Positions 15,352 through 29,141 of a DNA stretch of 64,000 nucleotides are shown here, in pieces (positions within the stretch are counted from its first letter, which is position 1; every line of letters begins with the position of its first letter). Under the pieces are notes generated by a model that saw nothing but the letters and a program-made list of their open reading frames with translations, searched no databases and was not told the origin of the DNA. The translations under genes and the position numbers were made by a program. Source of the DNA: Eledone cirrhosa (Eukaryota); NCBI GenBank assembly GCA_964016885.1, contig OZ024741.1:346518001-346582000 (forward strand), written 5' to 3'.

Positions 15352-16360
15352 AGTAATAATAATAAATTTGAAGACTAGAATCCAAAGAAGGCTCGATAAG
15401 GATAAATATATATCAAATATATAAGAACCGTAGAGCAAATATTTATTAAAATAACAGATTAAAGTTTAAGCAAAGAATCGCTGCTTTCACGCTTAACGGG
15501 ATCTTCTGAAACTAACAAAGTCAAATTGTGAACGCAGAAGTGAATATTTCAAAAAACGTTGCAACCGGAGGAAGACAGGAAGACGATACTTTGGTTCGTG
15601 GAAACGTTCCCTGGCAAAGAAAGGGAAAAAAACGAAGATAATACGTCATTATTTGGAGCGGTGAAAAAACATTACACGCAAAGACAAAACCACGTTTATG
15701 GTATAAAAGAAGTCGTAGACTAATATTCTATTAGGTGGTTCATAGAGACGTTCTCTGGCAATGAACTGAAAAAACGAAGACAATACGTCATATGTGGAGC
15801 GTGGAAAACAATTGCACGCAAAGACAAAATCACGTAAATGGTATAACTGAAGTCGTAGACTAAAATTCTATCTAGGAAACCGAATGATTCTCGGCTTCAG
15901 AGTTAAGAATAAAGTAAATAAAATACAGAGGCAATTGAAATTAAATAAATACATACACGCATCCATATACGTACATACACAAGCATACGCGAAAACACTC
16001 GCCATAGGTATACAAATACACGTATATACGTATTTATTTATTTATATACGTTTATTTAATTATTTGTATACACGCACACACACACACACACATATTTATA
16101 TGTGCCTGTATTCGTATACCTATGGTGAGTGTTTTCGCGTATGCGTGTGTATGTACGTATATGGATGCGTGTATGTATTTATTTAATTTCAATTGCCTCT
16201 GTATTTTATTTACTTTATTCTTAACTCTGAAGCCGAGAATCATTCGGTTTCCTAGTTAGAATTTTAGTCTACGACATCAGTTATACCATTTACGTGGATT
16301 TGTCTTTGCGTGCAATTGTTCTCCACGCTCCACATATGACGTATTATCTTCGTTTTTTTT
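15352..16360 (-). mobile_element. PLE-type 3' end with ~145-bp tandem duplication and ~240-bp inverted repeat
   Basis: 15770-16013 is the reverse complement of 16114-16360; tandem units near 15600 and 15745; degenerate HHR ~15480-15512; related pieces at 18220-18272, 35480-35580, 56107-56172. Confidence 0.6.
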
Positions 16361-16399
16361 ATGCAATTCCTTACGGATTTTATCCAATTCCTTTCTGAT

Positions 16400-16833
<434 letters not shown>

Positions 16834-17197
16834 TGTTATACTTGGGGAGGGTCATATTTGTGTAATATTGCCAGAATTAATAACAGAACACACTCACTGT
16901 TTGGTTGGTTTTCGTATAACAATATTTGTTTCGACACACGATTTCATATAAAAAACCTCGCTAAACTAATATATATATGTAAGTATGTATGTATGTATAC
17001 GTACATACATATATGTATACAGACGTACAGTAGTATGTATATTTATATACATACATGCACATATATATACGCACGTATCGGTTTACCGAACATTTATTAT
17101 AATGCTCGGTTTGTTTGTAAACAAACAAACAGCCCGAATTACGCCGTACAGTGTTTAGGCAACCACGTCACCTTTTTGTTCAACACTGACACAGGAA

Positions 17198-17238
17198 CAA
17201 TGTACTAGTTTCAAGCTTATTAGCTATCGTCAGCATCG
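17198..17238 (-). ncRNA. Minimal type I hammerhead ribozyme
   Basis: cgatg-CTGACGA-tagctaataagctt-GAAA-ctag-TA-cattg; paralog of 3511-3551 with pairing-preserving stem I changes. Confidence 0.8.
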
Positions 17239-17344
17239 TATACCTTCCTGCCAGATACATACCAACTTACATTTAAGTAACTGCCGTACTAAGAGTGAGA
17301 AATGAAATTTCGTTTCATACTATTCCATTTATATATATATATAT

Positions 17345-17760
17345 AAATGCTGACAAATTGTTCCCAGTGAAAAATAGTTTAATTAGGAATAAGTAAAAAT
17401 TAGTAATAAGTATTGGTAAGTATCCAGTTCTAGTTTTAAATTTTTACCGGTTGCGCATTTTTAATGCTTTTCAAAAATAATTTTGAGATAGAGCGCCCGT
17501 GATATATATATATATATATATAAATGGAATAGAATGATTAGAGCAAACATCACGGGCGCTCTATCTCAAAATTATTTTTGAAAAGCATTAAAAATGCGCA
17601 ACCGGTAAAAACTTAAAACTAAAACTGGATACTTACCAATACTTATTACTAATTTTTACTTATTCCTAATTAAACTATTTTTCACTGGGAACAATTTGTC
17701 ACCATTTCCTTTTCCTTTTACCAATATATCACAACTCGTGTTTTACACCTCTATACTTTT
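17345..17760. repeat. Fold-back insertion, ~160-bp inverted arms
   Basis: 17345-17503 is the reverse complement of 17549-17707; (TA)n flanks. Confidence 0.75.
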
Positions 17761-17790
17761 AAATATATATATACATATATATATATATAT

Positions 17791-18183
17791 ATTGTTATAC
17801 TTGGGGAGGGTCATATTTGTGTAATATTGCCAGAATCAATAACAGAACAATGCAACGGGAGGAAACAATAGCACCACTGACGATGTTGCAGATGTGCAAC
17901 GAGAGAACTTTGATAAACTATATATATATATATGTGTTTGTGTCTATATTGTATCTGTATTAATTTTGACCGTTGGTCAGTCAATGGCAACATTGAGGAC
18001 CGAATAAATTAGATTGCCGATATAAAAGACACAGAAGCGAAAAGCGAAAACCAACCAAACAGTAAGTGTGTTCTGTTATTGATTCTGGCAATATTACACA
18101 AATATGACCCTCCCCAAGTATAACAATATTTGTTTCGACACACGATTTCATATAAAAAACCTCGCAAAACTAATTCATCGCCG

Positions 18184-18185
<2 letters not shown>
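17791..18185 (+). mobile_element. PLE tail fold-back of the MTLPKY family (similar copy 61453-61910; pieces 16830-16970, 13290-13380, 35615-35650)
   Basis: ttgttatacttggggagggtcat... is inverted relative to atgaccctccccaagtataacaa...; lies in (TA)n. Confidence 0.75.
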
Positions 18186-18220
<35 letters not shown>

Positions 18221-20294
18221 TAATAATAAATTTGAAGACTAAAATCCAAAGAGGGCTCGATAAGGATAAATACATATATAATTTGTAACGATGTATATAT
18301 GAAGAATATTACTGCAAATTGAGTTTTATTCTATCTCTGGTTGGCCTCACACTAACGTATACTGATACCACTATAGTACACACATAGTATACACAGTATA
18401 CACACATTTGTTTGCATAAATATACATCAGTATGATACTAGCTTCAAAAATAGAAATAGACTTTTTGTTAAGATTCAGCGTGACATTTGTATATTGATAT
18501 GCGAAAAATATATGCTGTAAACGAAACATTATAACTAGAGTTTTTAAGAGTAATTATAGTCGCAAACTTTTGCAGTTTTCTCACTGACAGTCGCCGACAC
18601 AACTACTGAATATTTACTGATATAAGTTCTATATTTCAAAGTTTTAGCCCATACGAACCTCATACACTTGCGACTGGCACTCAACTAGACAACGACTGCT
18701 TGCGCATTGGTGTTTGTATGAGGCCCGGCCTCCTCGTCCGTGAGCTTCCCAAATGCCGCTGCAGTACCACTGAGAATCTCTTCAGTTTCCACCCTTTGTC
18801 ATGCTGTTTTAGACCTGGCCTCCTCCCACACTGCTCTCCCATGCTGCTCTCAATCAGATCATATCGCCTGGCTTGAACGGTACAGCCCTCATTTACCACA
18901 AAAGACCAGATAGCTTGATAATATTCCCGTTCTGCCGTACGCTCCAAGGTGTGACACCTTTTCTAATGGCAACCTGGTACATTAGCCTACTAGCTCATGC
19001 TCTCATCCCGCCAGGTCTAAGAAGGTAAACTTCCCAAGAACTGACCGCCCTCGGATAGGTTTGTGTTGATCCTGTTACAGTGGAGACTTTAGGCCTTCTT
19101 GGTCCCTGGCCCACATTTCTGCTCACTACTATCGAGTCGTGATGGCTGCCTGCAGGTAAAGCCCCGTGAGGTATAGTGGTTGTTCCAATGTGTCTCCCTC
19201 GCAATCCTACGGGGAAATGCATCTTCGTCCTGTCGGCCATGACCAATATGTGGAGGGAAAGTTACCTTGAGGTGGATAATACTCGTTCGGGCGTCACACT
19301 TATATACATATACACTAACCCTTGTGTATTAACTTATTTTAAATATTTGATGGGCCTACTAAACTGCGACTTAACATGTAAAATATTCTAATATCATGAT
19401 TGGCAATATTTATGAAGAAACGAATATGAATAATATTTAACGTCAAATGAATAGGAAAGAACGTCGCGAAAACCGAGATAATTGGACGTATGTAGTGGAA
19501 GTTTAAAGTTAAGAAATGTAAGAATAAATACATTTAGAGCAGGCAGATACAGCAATTGAGGAATTCAAATGTAGCGAGAAAGTGCAGAAAAATATATATT
19601 AGAAAAAGGAGAGGAATAGCTGACAAGAAGTATAAAACAATATTTTGCACATCGTAAAATTTGCTGACGAATGATAACATTAGATACAATACAGACATTC
19701 CACTATCTAATGTTTACCCCGCTAGTTCCTGACAGCTTTGTAGAGAAACACCAACATATATTTACAATAACCCGGAGTATAATAAAATACAATCTCTTCC
19801 CAATAGCCCTTGATGGATAATACATTTATTTAACTTATTTGTTTACCTTATTAGTTTTAAGGCATAATCTCCTTTCCTGTCCATAATCTTCATAAATACG
19901 ATTAGATAAAGCGCAGCTGAAGTCGACGTGGTATCAACACCGGTGGTTGTAACATATGATGGCCTATATTTGAAGACAGCTTGCTGGAAGGTAATTGCCG
20001 TGATGTACTAGATATTTTTTTTTGCAAAGTGCTCCAAGGCATGAAGGATACTCACTGCTGCAAACTTACAGATATTCTTTTTCCCGATAAAGCAAGTGCA
20101 GTGCACTTTACACATGAGTGGGTATTCCTTTAAGTAGGTGGAGGAGTTAAAGTATCTCTAGGCTGTTTTCATGAGTGAAAAAAAACAGGATGCTTGCTGA
20201 CTTAAATACAATAATTGATAAAGTCGGTCCAAATTCGATACCTCTGGTCATAAATCGTTAGAAATGACCGAGTGAATATTATCTATCTATCTAT

Positions 20295-23200
20295 CCCCCT
20301 TTTGGGACAGAGCGGCCCGACTTTTTCCAGCGTCTGGAGTCTTTTCTAGGGACGTCCCGTTCCCTGCTTTTAGTGGGGGATTGGAATGGTATCCTGGATG
20401 CACGTTGGGACTATGCAGGGGCATGTCCCGATAGAGAGGGGTGCAACAGCCTCAAGGGGTTACTCGGCCGATTTGACCTGGCCGATAGATTTCGACTAGA
20501 TTTTCCGACGGTGCCAACCTGGTCTTGGTCAAATCGCAGCGGATCATCTAGATCGTACCTAGATAGATTTTTAGTTAGAAATAAGGACAGGGACTTTTTA
20601 AGTTGTCCAGAAATGCTCATGGTTGGCTATTAAGACCACAAGTTGGTGACCTGCATGGTCAACCTTGATAGAACGCATAGACAGGGCCCCGGTTACTGGA
20701 AGCTCAACTTGTCCTTGCCGGCAAGTAGAGCCTACAGGAATCGGATTAGTACGTTAGTTAAGGAACGGTTGACTGGAGCGATCGTCAACAGCAGGTGGTG
20801 GGTATCTCTAAAGAGAGAGATTAGAGTAGTCTCGATTGAATTTAGTAAGGTTCTAGCTGCGGATAGGAATAGGAAGGAAAGGGAGCTAATAGATAGAGTA
20901 GAAGAGGCAATTAGAAGCGGCGACGTGGCCAGAGTGCTAGCATCGAGAACGGCTTTGAGCCAGTTTTTCGACGCGAAGCACGAAGGCTGCGTTGTCCGAA
21001 GTAAAATACGTGCTCTAGGGAACGAGGGGGCCAAAGCTGTTAGCTAGGCCCGCGTGACAGAGGCCAACAGTGGAACTAAATCCACCATCCGGTCTTTGCG
21101 AGACCTGGATGGACGGGCGATTCTTGAGCCTAAGCAGATGTGTGAGGCCTTTCAAAGGCACTTTGCCCGACTGTTCGGGAGGGGCGGGGAGCCGGTTGGA
21201 AACGTGGACTTCGGTCCATACCTCGACGGCCTGCCGCGCCTCTCGGACAGGGAGGCGAAGTCTTGCGAGGAGCCGATTTCGGCCGCTGAGATAGAGGACG
21301 TGCTGGGCCAATGCGGCAAACGCAAATCCCCGGGTCTCGATGGTCTTCCTTACGAATTATATCTAGCTATGCCGGACTTGTTCCCCGATCTCCTCGAGGC
21401 GGTCTACTGCAACTGGCAACAGAACGGGAGAGTTCCCTGTACTGTGACCAAGGGCGTAGTCACGCTAGTGAGGAAGGACGAGAACAAGGGGGACGAAATA
21501 AGTAACTTCAGGCCCATAACTCTGCTAAATACAGAGTTACAGATTTTGGCCAAGGTGCTAGCAAAGAGGTTGGCGCTTGTCGTGGGCAACCTGGTGGGAG
21601 ATGCGCAGACATGCGCTATCCCGTCCAGGTCCATCCATGACAACCTCCACCTCATGCGATACATCATAGAGAGGGTTGGGAACGAACCCGGCTTTGGTGG
21701 GGCTCTGATCAACTTGGATCAATCTAAGGCGTTCGATAGGGTCGACCATGGTTACCTGGATGCGGTGCTAGCGGCGGCAGGCTTCGGACCCGTTTTCAGG
21801 GGCTGGATCACTGCTATGCACAGCAGCCGCATCTGCTCTAGGGTCAAGGTGAACGGCTACCTCTCGGAGCCGTTCAAAATCGCGCGGTCCATCCGACAAG
21901 GGTGCCCTCTCTCCTCCCTTCTGTATGTGTTGACTCTCGAGCCACTACTGCGGAAGTTGGAGTTGTTGCAGGGCATCCCTTTGGAACCGGGATTGCGGAA
22001 AGCGGTGTCAGCCTACGCCGATGATGTGACAGTAATGGTGTCGACGGCCTCCGAAATCGAGGCGGTCGGCACCTTACTGGAGGAGTACGAAAAGTTCACA
22101 GGGGCTAAGCTGAACCGGGACAAGTCGATCGGTTTGCAACTCGGCACGTGGAGGGGCAGACCGATGCCCTCCGATGGTGTCGTCGGACGCTGGACGGAGG
22201 GCCCGGTGAAGTTGCTCGGGGTCTGGTTCGGACCGGACCTCCAGGTGGAGAAAAACTGGGCGGAGGTTACGAACAGGGTGTTTGCACTGACCCAGAAGTG
22301 GGCCAGTTGCAAACTATCCCTGAAAGGTCGGGCGGAGGTGGCGAACACTTATATAGCGTCCGTCATCTACTACCGCCTGACCGTAGTGCCCTGCCCAAGG
22401 GAAACCCTCACCAAGATGGAGCGCGCGCTCTTCCAATTTCTTTGGAAGGGGCGGGCTCCTATGGTGAGGAGATCCATCTGCTGTCAACACCCTTCGAAAG
22501 GAGGGCTGGGGATGCCGTGGCTAATGATGCGTAAACACGCATTAAGGCTACGGCACCTCTACGTATTCCTCACCGGACAACCGGTGTGGGCCTCGTTTGT
22601 GAGACGAACCTATCCCAGACTCGTCTCACTCACCGAGCTGCAATCCTGGGTCAAGCAAAGACCGAGAAAACTGGGCGCCTGGCACACCGAGTGTGCCCAG
22701 GCGCTCACCGCCCTCTGGCAGGCGGATCCGGTTATCAGTGGAGACTCCACCGCAACATTCTATAGAGGGCTGGTACGCAGCAGGTGCGACGACGCCCTCG
22801 GAGAAGCCCTAGACATGGAGGAGGACGAACTGGCCGGCCTGTTCGGTAGGACATTCAGCCCGGGACCTATGGACAACTTCCAGAAGTCCCTGGCCTGGCA
22901 GTGCTACCGAGGGGCTTTACCCGTTCGAGAAAGGCTCTACAGACACGGGCGCCCGGGTAGGGACCCCGCCAAAAAGATGTGTCCCAGATGCGTGTGCGAC
23001 GAGGAAACCGTTGCACACGCATTGGTACACTGCTCGGGAGTAGCCGATCTGTGGGGCTATGTCGAACAACTGCTGTCAAGGGTGGGACCGATCCGGTTGA
23101 CCACCGAGTCTATTGTAATGATCAAGCCGCCTCCCCCCTTCAAAGATGAAGCAGAGGCGGTGTTTCTGTGCGTAATAGCCATGGCGAAAGAGGTTGTATG

Positions 23201-23396
23201 GTGGACGCGTCTGAAAGGACTGAGGTCAGGCACCTTTCTCTCTGGCCAACAACTGGTCCGTTTCTTCCGATATCATTTCGGAAGAAGGATCAGGATGGAG
23301 AGAGAGGTGCTGCACCCCAGTCGTTTTTATGAAAGGTGGGTGAAAGTGGCGAGAATGGCCCGTGTGAATGGGCCTTCTCTTTACATAAGCCTGTAG
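20295..23396 (+). pseudogene. Tx1/L1 ORF2 (partial APE, RT, C-terminal zinc-binding region) with two in-frame stops
   Basis: Three track ORFs share one frame: VGDWN, SYLDRFLV, GY*DHKLV, PGYWKLN, KSPGLDGL, NFRPITLLN, LDQSKAFDRV, IRQGCPLS, AYADDV, CPRC...ETVAHALVHC; stops at 20631 and 21045. Confidence 0.93.
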
Positions 23397-23659
23397 GTGG
23401 AAAAGAGGAAGGAACGAGGGAGCACCCCCTCTCTGTGCTCCTGAGGAAAAGGGTTGCACACTTTTTTCGGGGGTGTGTGCGACCCCCCAAGGCGCCTCCT
23501 CTCTATTTAGGATTTTGTTAAAAATTTTATTTTTTGTTATATCTTATTTTATTTTTATATTTTGTTATTGCCTCCTCCTTATTGAGGACGCCTTTTTGTG
23601 TAAACTCCCCCCTTTGTACTTGTCCCACTTTTGATGCCCTAGTGGCAAATAAAAGAAAC
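20296..23659 (+). mobile_element. 5'-truncated L1/Tx1-clade LINE inserted in a (TATC)n microsatellite
   Basis: GC-rich block flanked by TTATCTATCTATCTATC at 20279-20295 and from 23660; 3' UTR with AATAAA at 23648 and no poly(A). Confidence 0.92.
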
Positions 23660-23713
<54 letters not shown>

Positions 23714-23777
23714 CTCCACCTTGCTATATATATATCTATCTTTATCTCTCTATATCTATCTATCTATCTATCTGCCA

Positions 23778-23850
<73 letters not shown>

Positions 23851-23858
23851 TCTCTCTC

Positions 23859-23937
<79 letters not shown>

Positions 23938-24293
23938 ATCTATCTGTCTGTCATGCTATCTGTTGGTCTGATTGCCTGTCTCCATACCTGTTTGACTGAT
24001 GCCTGTCTCTATTTCTATATATCTACTTATCTAATATCTACCTACCAATCTACATATCTATCTATCGACGGTGAGGTCGGTCAAAAACATAAACGCACTT
24101 TTTTTATTCTCTGTTTTTTGTTTGCTTGTTTCCTCAAAATGTACCATCATTTCGTTGGTATACATCTATTACGCAATTCAAACATAAAGATATCAGCAGG
24201 TACTTACGCAACCTGGCCACTGAAATGTGTATAGTGTTTGCAGAGACGAATATTTCAAGAAATTCAACATACTTGGCCTTTTGTAATTTCACT

Positions 24294-24352
<59 letters not shown>

Positions 24353-24355
<3 letters not shown>

Positions 24356-24531
24356 AGGAACCAGTAAGACCCCGACAGCTGAGCTCAAGCCGTTTCGACG
24401 GAATTAGCCGTCGAAACGGCTTGAGCTCAGCTGTCGGGGTCTTACTGGTTCCTATTACCCACTCTACTACCTCAAGTATTGAGTACTTTGGTGCGTTATG
24501 GTCCACCTGGTTCCTTACCACATTTCCTTCG

Positions 24532-24533
<2 letters not shown>
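24353..24533 (+). mobile_element. Fold-back mini-element in (TA)n
   Basis: ~55-bp perfect hairpin arms over 24355-24453 plus tail with bulged hairpin at 24461-24484. Confidence 0.8.
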
Positions 24534-24611
<78 letters not shown>

Positions 24612-25034
24612 ATTACTACCACAGAAGTCAGACGAGCTTTTGATGCCAGAGTCGGGCTAGATCGATACAGATGAAACCTTGAGCTGATCAGTAGCGAAAC
24701 GTGCGTCACCAACTAATAAACGTAATGAAGGAGTTTCCATTCGAACTTGTATCATTTTATATATATATATAAATAGAAAAGAATGAAATGAAATTTCATT
24801 TCTCACTCTTAGTACGGCTGATACTTAAATGTAAGTATGTATACGGACATACATATATGTATACAGACGTACAGTAGTATGCACACATGTGCGTATGGGT
24901 TTACCGAACATTTATTATAATGTTCGGTTTGTTTGTAAACAAACATACTACTGTACGTCTGTATACATATATGTATGTACGTATACATACATTTATATAT
25001 AAATATATACACATATTTTATATATATATATGTG

Positions 25035-25068
<34 letters not shown>

Positions 25069-25160
25069 ATATATATATATTATATATATATATTATATAT
25101 ATATATTATATGTATATATTATATATATATATTATATATAATATATATATATATTATATA

Positions 25161-25194
<34 letters not shown>

Positions 25195-25197
25195 TTA

Positions 25198-26319
25198 AAA
25201 TTTCAGGTCATCAATAATGTAGTGATAATATATCGTTACGTTAGAGATGAACAGCGTACGTGTAGGTTTGCTCAACGAGTATAAATTATATTCCGGAGAA
25301 AATGTAGAAAAGATGAATATAAAATGAAAGTGCTTTTTTTAAAAAAGAATTTATTAGGTATTGGCATATGTTTCTGTAACAGACGGAATACCTATGTATC
25401 GCTGCTTGCGTAATCATATAATGTTAGCAAGTATTCGATAGCAAATGTATAATCAGTTGTCACTTCTTCAGAGATTTTGGATAAATTGGATAAAATCAGA
25501 AAAATTGAAGTATTTATATTAGTTGTAATAGAGGAAGAAGAGAGGGGAGAGTATATGGCAGATGGTAATTCAATTTACAGCTAAACAAGTATATAAAGGG
25601 TTTCTAATGAGAATACAATGAGTAAATGGTTTATTTTATCTAAATAAGAATTTTTGGGAGTGCCTATTTTAATCTATACTTGACCAATTGAACAGTGGAC
25701 AGGACTGGTCATTTGGTGTAGTAGTATTAATTATAAAGTGTCAATTGAGGAAGGGGGAGATTTCGACTGCTATTGAATAAATTTAATGCTAGTAGCCATT
25801 GAATTAAGAAATCAGAAATCTCATTTTATCTATAGCAGTTTATATTAAATGTAGCAGTCGAAATCTCCCCCTTCCTAAATTGACACTTTATAATTAATAC
25901 TACTACACCAAATGACCAGCCCTGTCCACTGTTCAATTGGTCAAGTATAGATTAAAATAGGCACTCCCAAAAATTCTTATTTAGATAAGATAAACCATTT
26001 ACTCATTGTATTCTCATTAGAAACCCTTTATATACTTGTTTAGCTGTAAATTGAATTACCATCTGCCATATACTCTCCCCTCTCTTCTTCCTCTATTACA
26101 ACTAATATAAATACTTCAATTTTTCTGATTTTATCCAATTTATCCAAAATCTCTGAAGAAGTGACAACTGATTATACATTTGCTATCGAATACTTGCTAA
26201 CATTATATGATTACGCAAGCAGCGATACATAGGTATTCCGTCTGTTACAGAAACATATGTCAATACCTAATAAATTCCTTTTAAAAAAAAGCACTTTCAT
26301 TTTATATTCATCTTTTCTA
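25198..26319. mobile_element. Large fold-back insertion, ~468-bp arms
   Basis: 25305-25772 is the reverse complement of 25852-26319 with few mismatches; the left arm extends ~100 bp further; (TA)n flanks. Confidence 0.85.
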
Positions 26320-26349
26320 TATATATATTTATATATATATATACATATA

Positions 26350-26770
26350 TTTAAAGTTTAAACAAGATTCAATGATTAAATCAAAGAATGAGTTTACAAT
26401 AGATTGGAAGCACTCAACAGTGATGGTTTTCCGGAGTTATTAATATTAATTCAAAATATTAACAAAAATAGATATTCGTGTGATCAAGTATATTTTATTA
26501 TCCATATTTCAGAGGTACTGAGCTACCTTCAACAGTACGTCCTCATCAGATAAAACAAGATGATGCATTACATACCCTGACTTAGTAGATGGTTAAGATT
26601 CAGTCATGAATTAATCTTAACCATCTACTAAGTCAGGGTATGTCATGCATCATCTTATTTTATCTGATGAGGACGTACTGTTGAAGATAGCTCAGTACCT
26701 CTGAAATATGTATAATAACATATACTTGATCACACGAATGTCTATTTTTGTTCATATTTTGAATTAATAT
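26350..26770. mobile_element. Fold-back mini-element with HHR in each arm
   Basis: Arms 26443-26600/26613-26770; attttat-CTGATGA-ggacgtactg...cagtacctct-GAAA-tatgta-TA-ataa at ~26657-26720. Confidence 0.85.
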
Positions 26771-28741
26771 ATATATATATATATATTTTATATATAATTT
26801 AATATAAATGGAAACATCAAATATTTGTATAATACAAATGGTAGAGAAACAGTAAAGAAGAAATAGTTTGACATATATCTTGAGGGAAAGGCAAACCAAG
26901 ATGGAACTAATATCATTTGAAAGATAAATCTAGAATGCTGAAGAATTGAGGAGAAGAATATCAACAGTGCGATCAGAAGTATGTCAAACATTTACATTTT
27001 TATTTTACTAGACAGATATATTTTTCGTATGGATCGCCTCTGTCAACTTCAATTAGTTTTATTTCAGACCAATTAAAACTCATTCATCATACTCGGATAG
27101 TATATCACATAAGTTTATACGTTTAGTGTTCAATAAAATATTTTGGACACGATGCCAAGTACAAATATAAGAAATATTTATTTAAATTAAAAGTACATGT
27201 TTTTTTTAAATTTTTGTCAACTAAATAATGTTGTTTCTCACTCCATTAATAATTGATACTCTCCGTCGAAACTACTTCAGATTATAATAGGTATGTCACT
27301 AAATAACATTTTAACAGTACTAGCATTTTTCTCAATACGCTGTCACGTTTGTGTATATATGATTACGTGTGTGTATGTGCATATGCATACATTGATGTGT
27401 ATGATAATATAAATATAAACGCACCGCAAACACAGACACACTTACAAAAATACACATTCACAGACATACATTCAGACAAATACACATACATTCACACAAA
27501 CACAAACATACATTCACACAAACACACATACACACAAATACATTTATACAAACACACACATACATATACACTCACACAGAGCGTAGCAAACGAGACGCCA
27601 GTCGATGTTTCGCTATAGTGTTTTCACCATCCCTTTCCTTCCTTTTACACACAGATATATTAACACAAACACATACACACACATGGCGTGACAGACGGAA
27701 GTCGCTAAAATTTATATATAGATTCTAAACTTTTCAGGATACGTAATGCACATATAGCAGCGTGTTTTCAGACTCACTTGGTTGCTCGCAGCTTTAATTC
27801 CAATACATCGCATTCGCTTCTCTTCAATCCAATCATATTTCCTAATGCGGCTGTTCACACTTTCTTGTGAAGCACCATCATTATTTGACAGATAAATGTT
27901 TTGAAGCATACACACCTATTTAACCAAATATTAAGAAAGATATATTCTACCACTTTGTATACGTACGGTGTTGACGGACGCATGACTAAGTACTCAACAG
28001 CCAAGCATATTATAATAATATTCTTTCTAGTGGCTAAGTGATGAATTTTGTTCCTCTTGCGACCACATCAAACATAAGTAAAGTTTAATAATATATAGAG
28101 GATAATATTTGTTGCTTGAACAATTAATATTCCAGATCCATCGTGTTTTCAATAAAATAGATAATTAATTAAATGTAGAGAAGATTCATTATGGAATGGA
28201 ATGAGGATGGAAATAAATTAGTTGATCAGGAGGATTAGATTGAGAAGAAAAACGAAGAGTGAAAAAATTTGAATTTCAGGTCGAAACATAAAGTTGCCTA
28301 CAGTATAGGTACGAATATAAACATGATAAATAGAATAATAGTTTCTACTTTTGGCACAAGGCCAGCAATTACCCAGTACATGAGAATAATGTGAGGGAAA
28401 CATAAGAGAATTTGAATTAATTAATATTTGTATTAATCAAATATGTTTAATTGGGAACTTTTTGGCCGTTCGTAAATAGGAGGATTAGGCGGTGAATTCC
28501 GGTATACGATTTGGCACTCTGCGAACAACTTTGCCTTTTCTTATTCCAATGATAAAAAGCTACCAGTCTAGTACTGGGTTCAATTGTTCTTTTATATCAC
28601 TTTCTCACTTTCACTCTCTCACTTTCTCTCAGTTTCACTGAAATAAATTGGCTGTGTTCAGACCTGGAGTGGGATGAAGATCGCCCGATTTAAAATTGTC
28701 CAAGACACGCTGTATGAGACTACATAATACAGATACAGATC

Positions 28742-28794
<53 letters not shown>

Positions 28795-28797
<3 letters not shown>

Positions 28798-29084
28798 GTA
28801 GGAGGTGAGTTTTATTGTAGTACAATAAAGCAATGCAGATATCGGATAAGAAGCACTCTACAGTTTGTAGGACTGGAGTATGCATAATATAAGATCAAAA
28901 GATGGTTAAAGGAGTTCCATATATTTTATTATGCGCATTTCAAAAACAAACATCATCATGCAATAATATTTGTGTTTTCATCAGATAAAATCTGATGAAA
29001 ACACAAATATTATTGCATGATGATGTTTGTTTTTGAAATGCGCATAATAAAATATATGGAACTCCTTTAACCATCTTTTGATCT

Positions 29085-29092
<8 letters not shown>
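28795..29092. mobile_element. Fold-back mini-element; perfect 103-bp palindrome of HHR plus flank
   Basis: 28884-28986 is the exact reverse complement of 28990-29092; CTGATGA-aaacacaaata...tgtttgttttt-GAAA-tgcgca-TA-ataaaat. Confidence 0.88.

Positions 29093-29141
<49 letters not shown>

Noticed and set aside
18680-19310. GC-richer block with AAFGKL, possibly an RTE RT fragment
   Set aside because: Too few motifs to assign.
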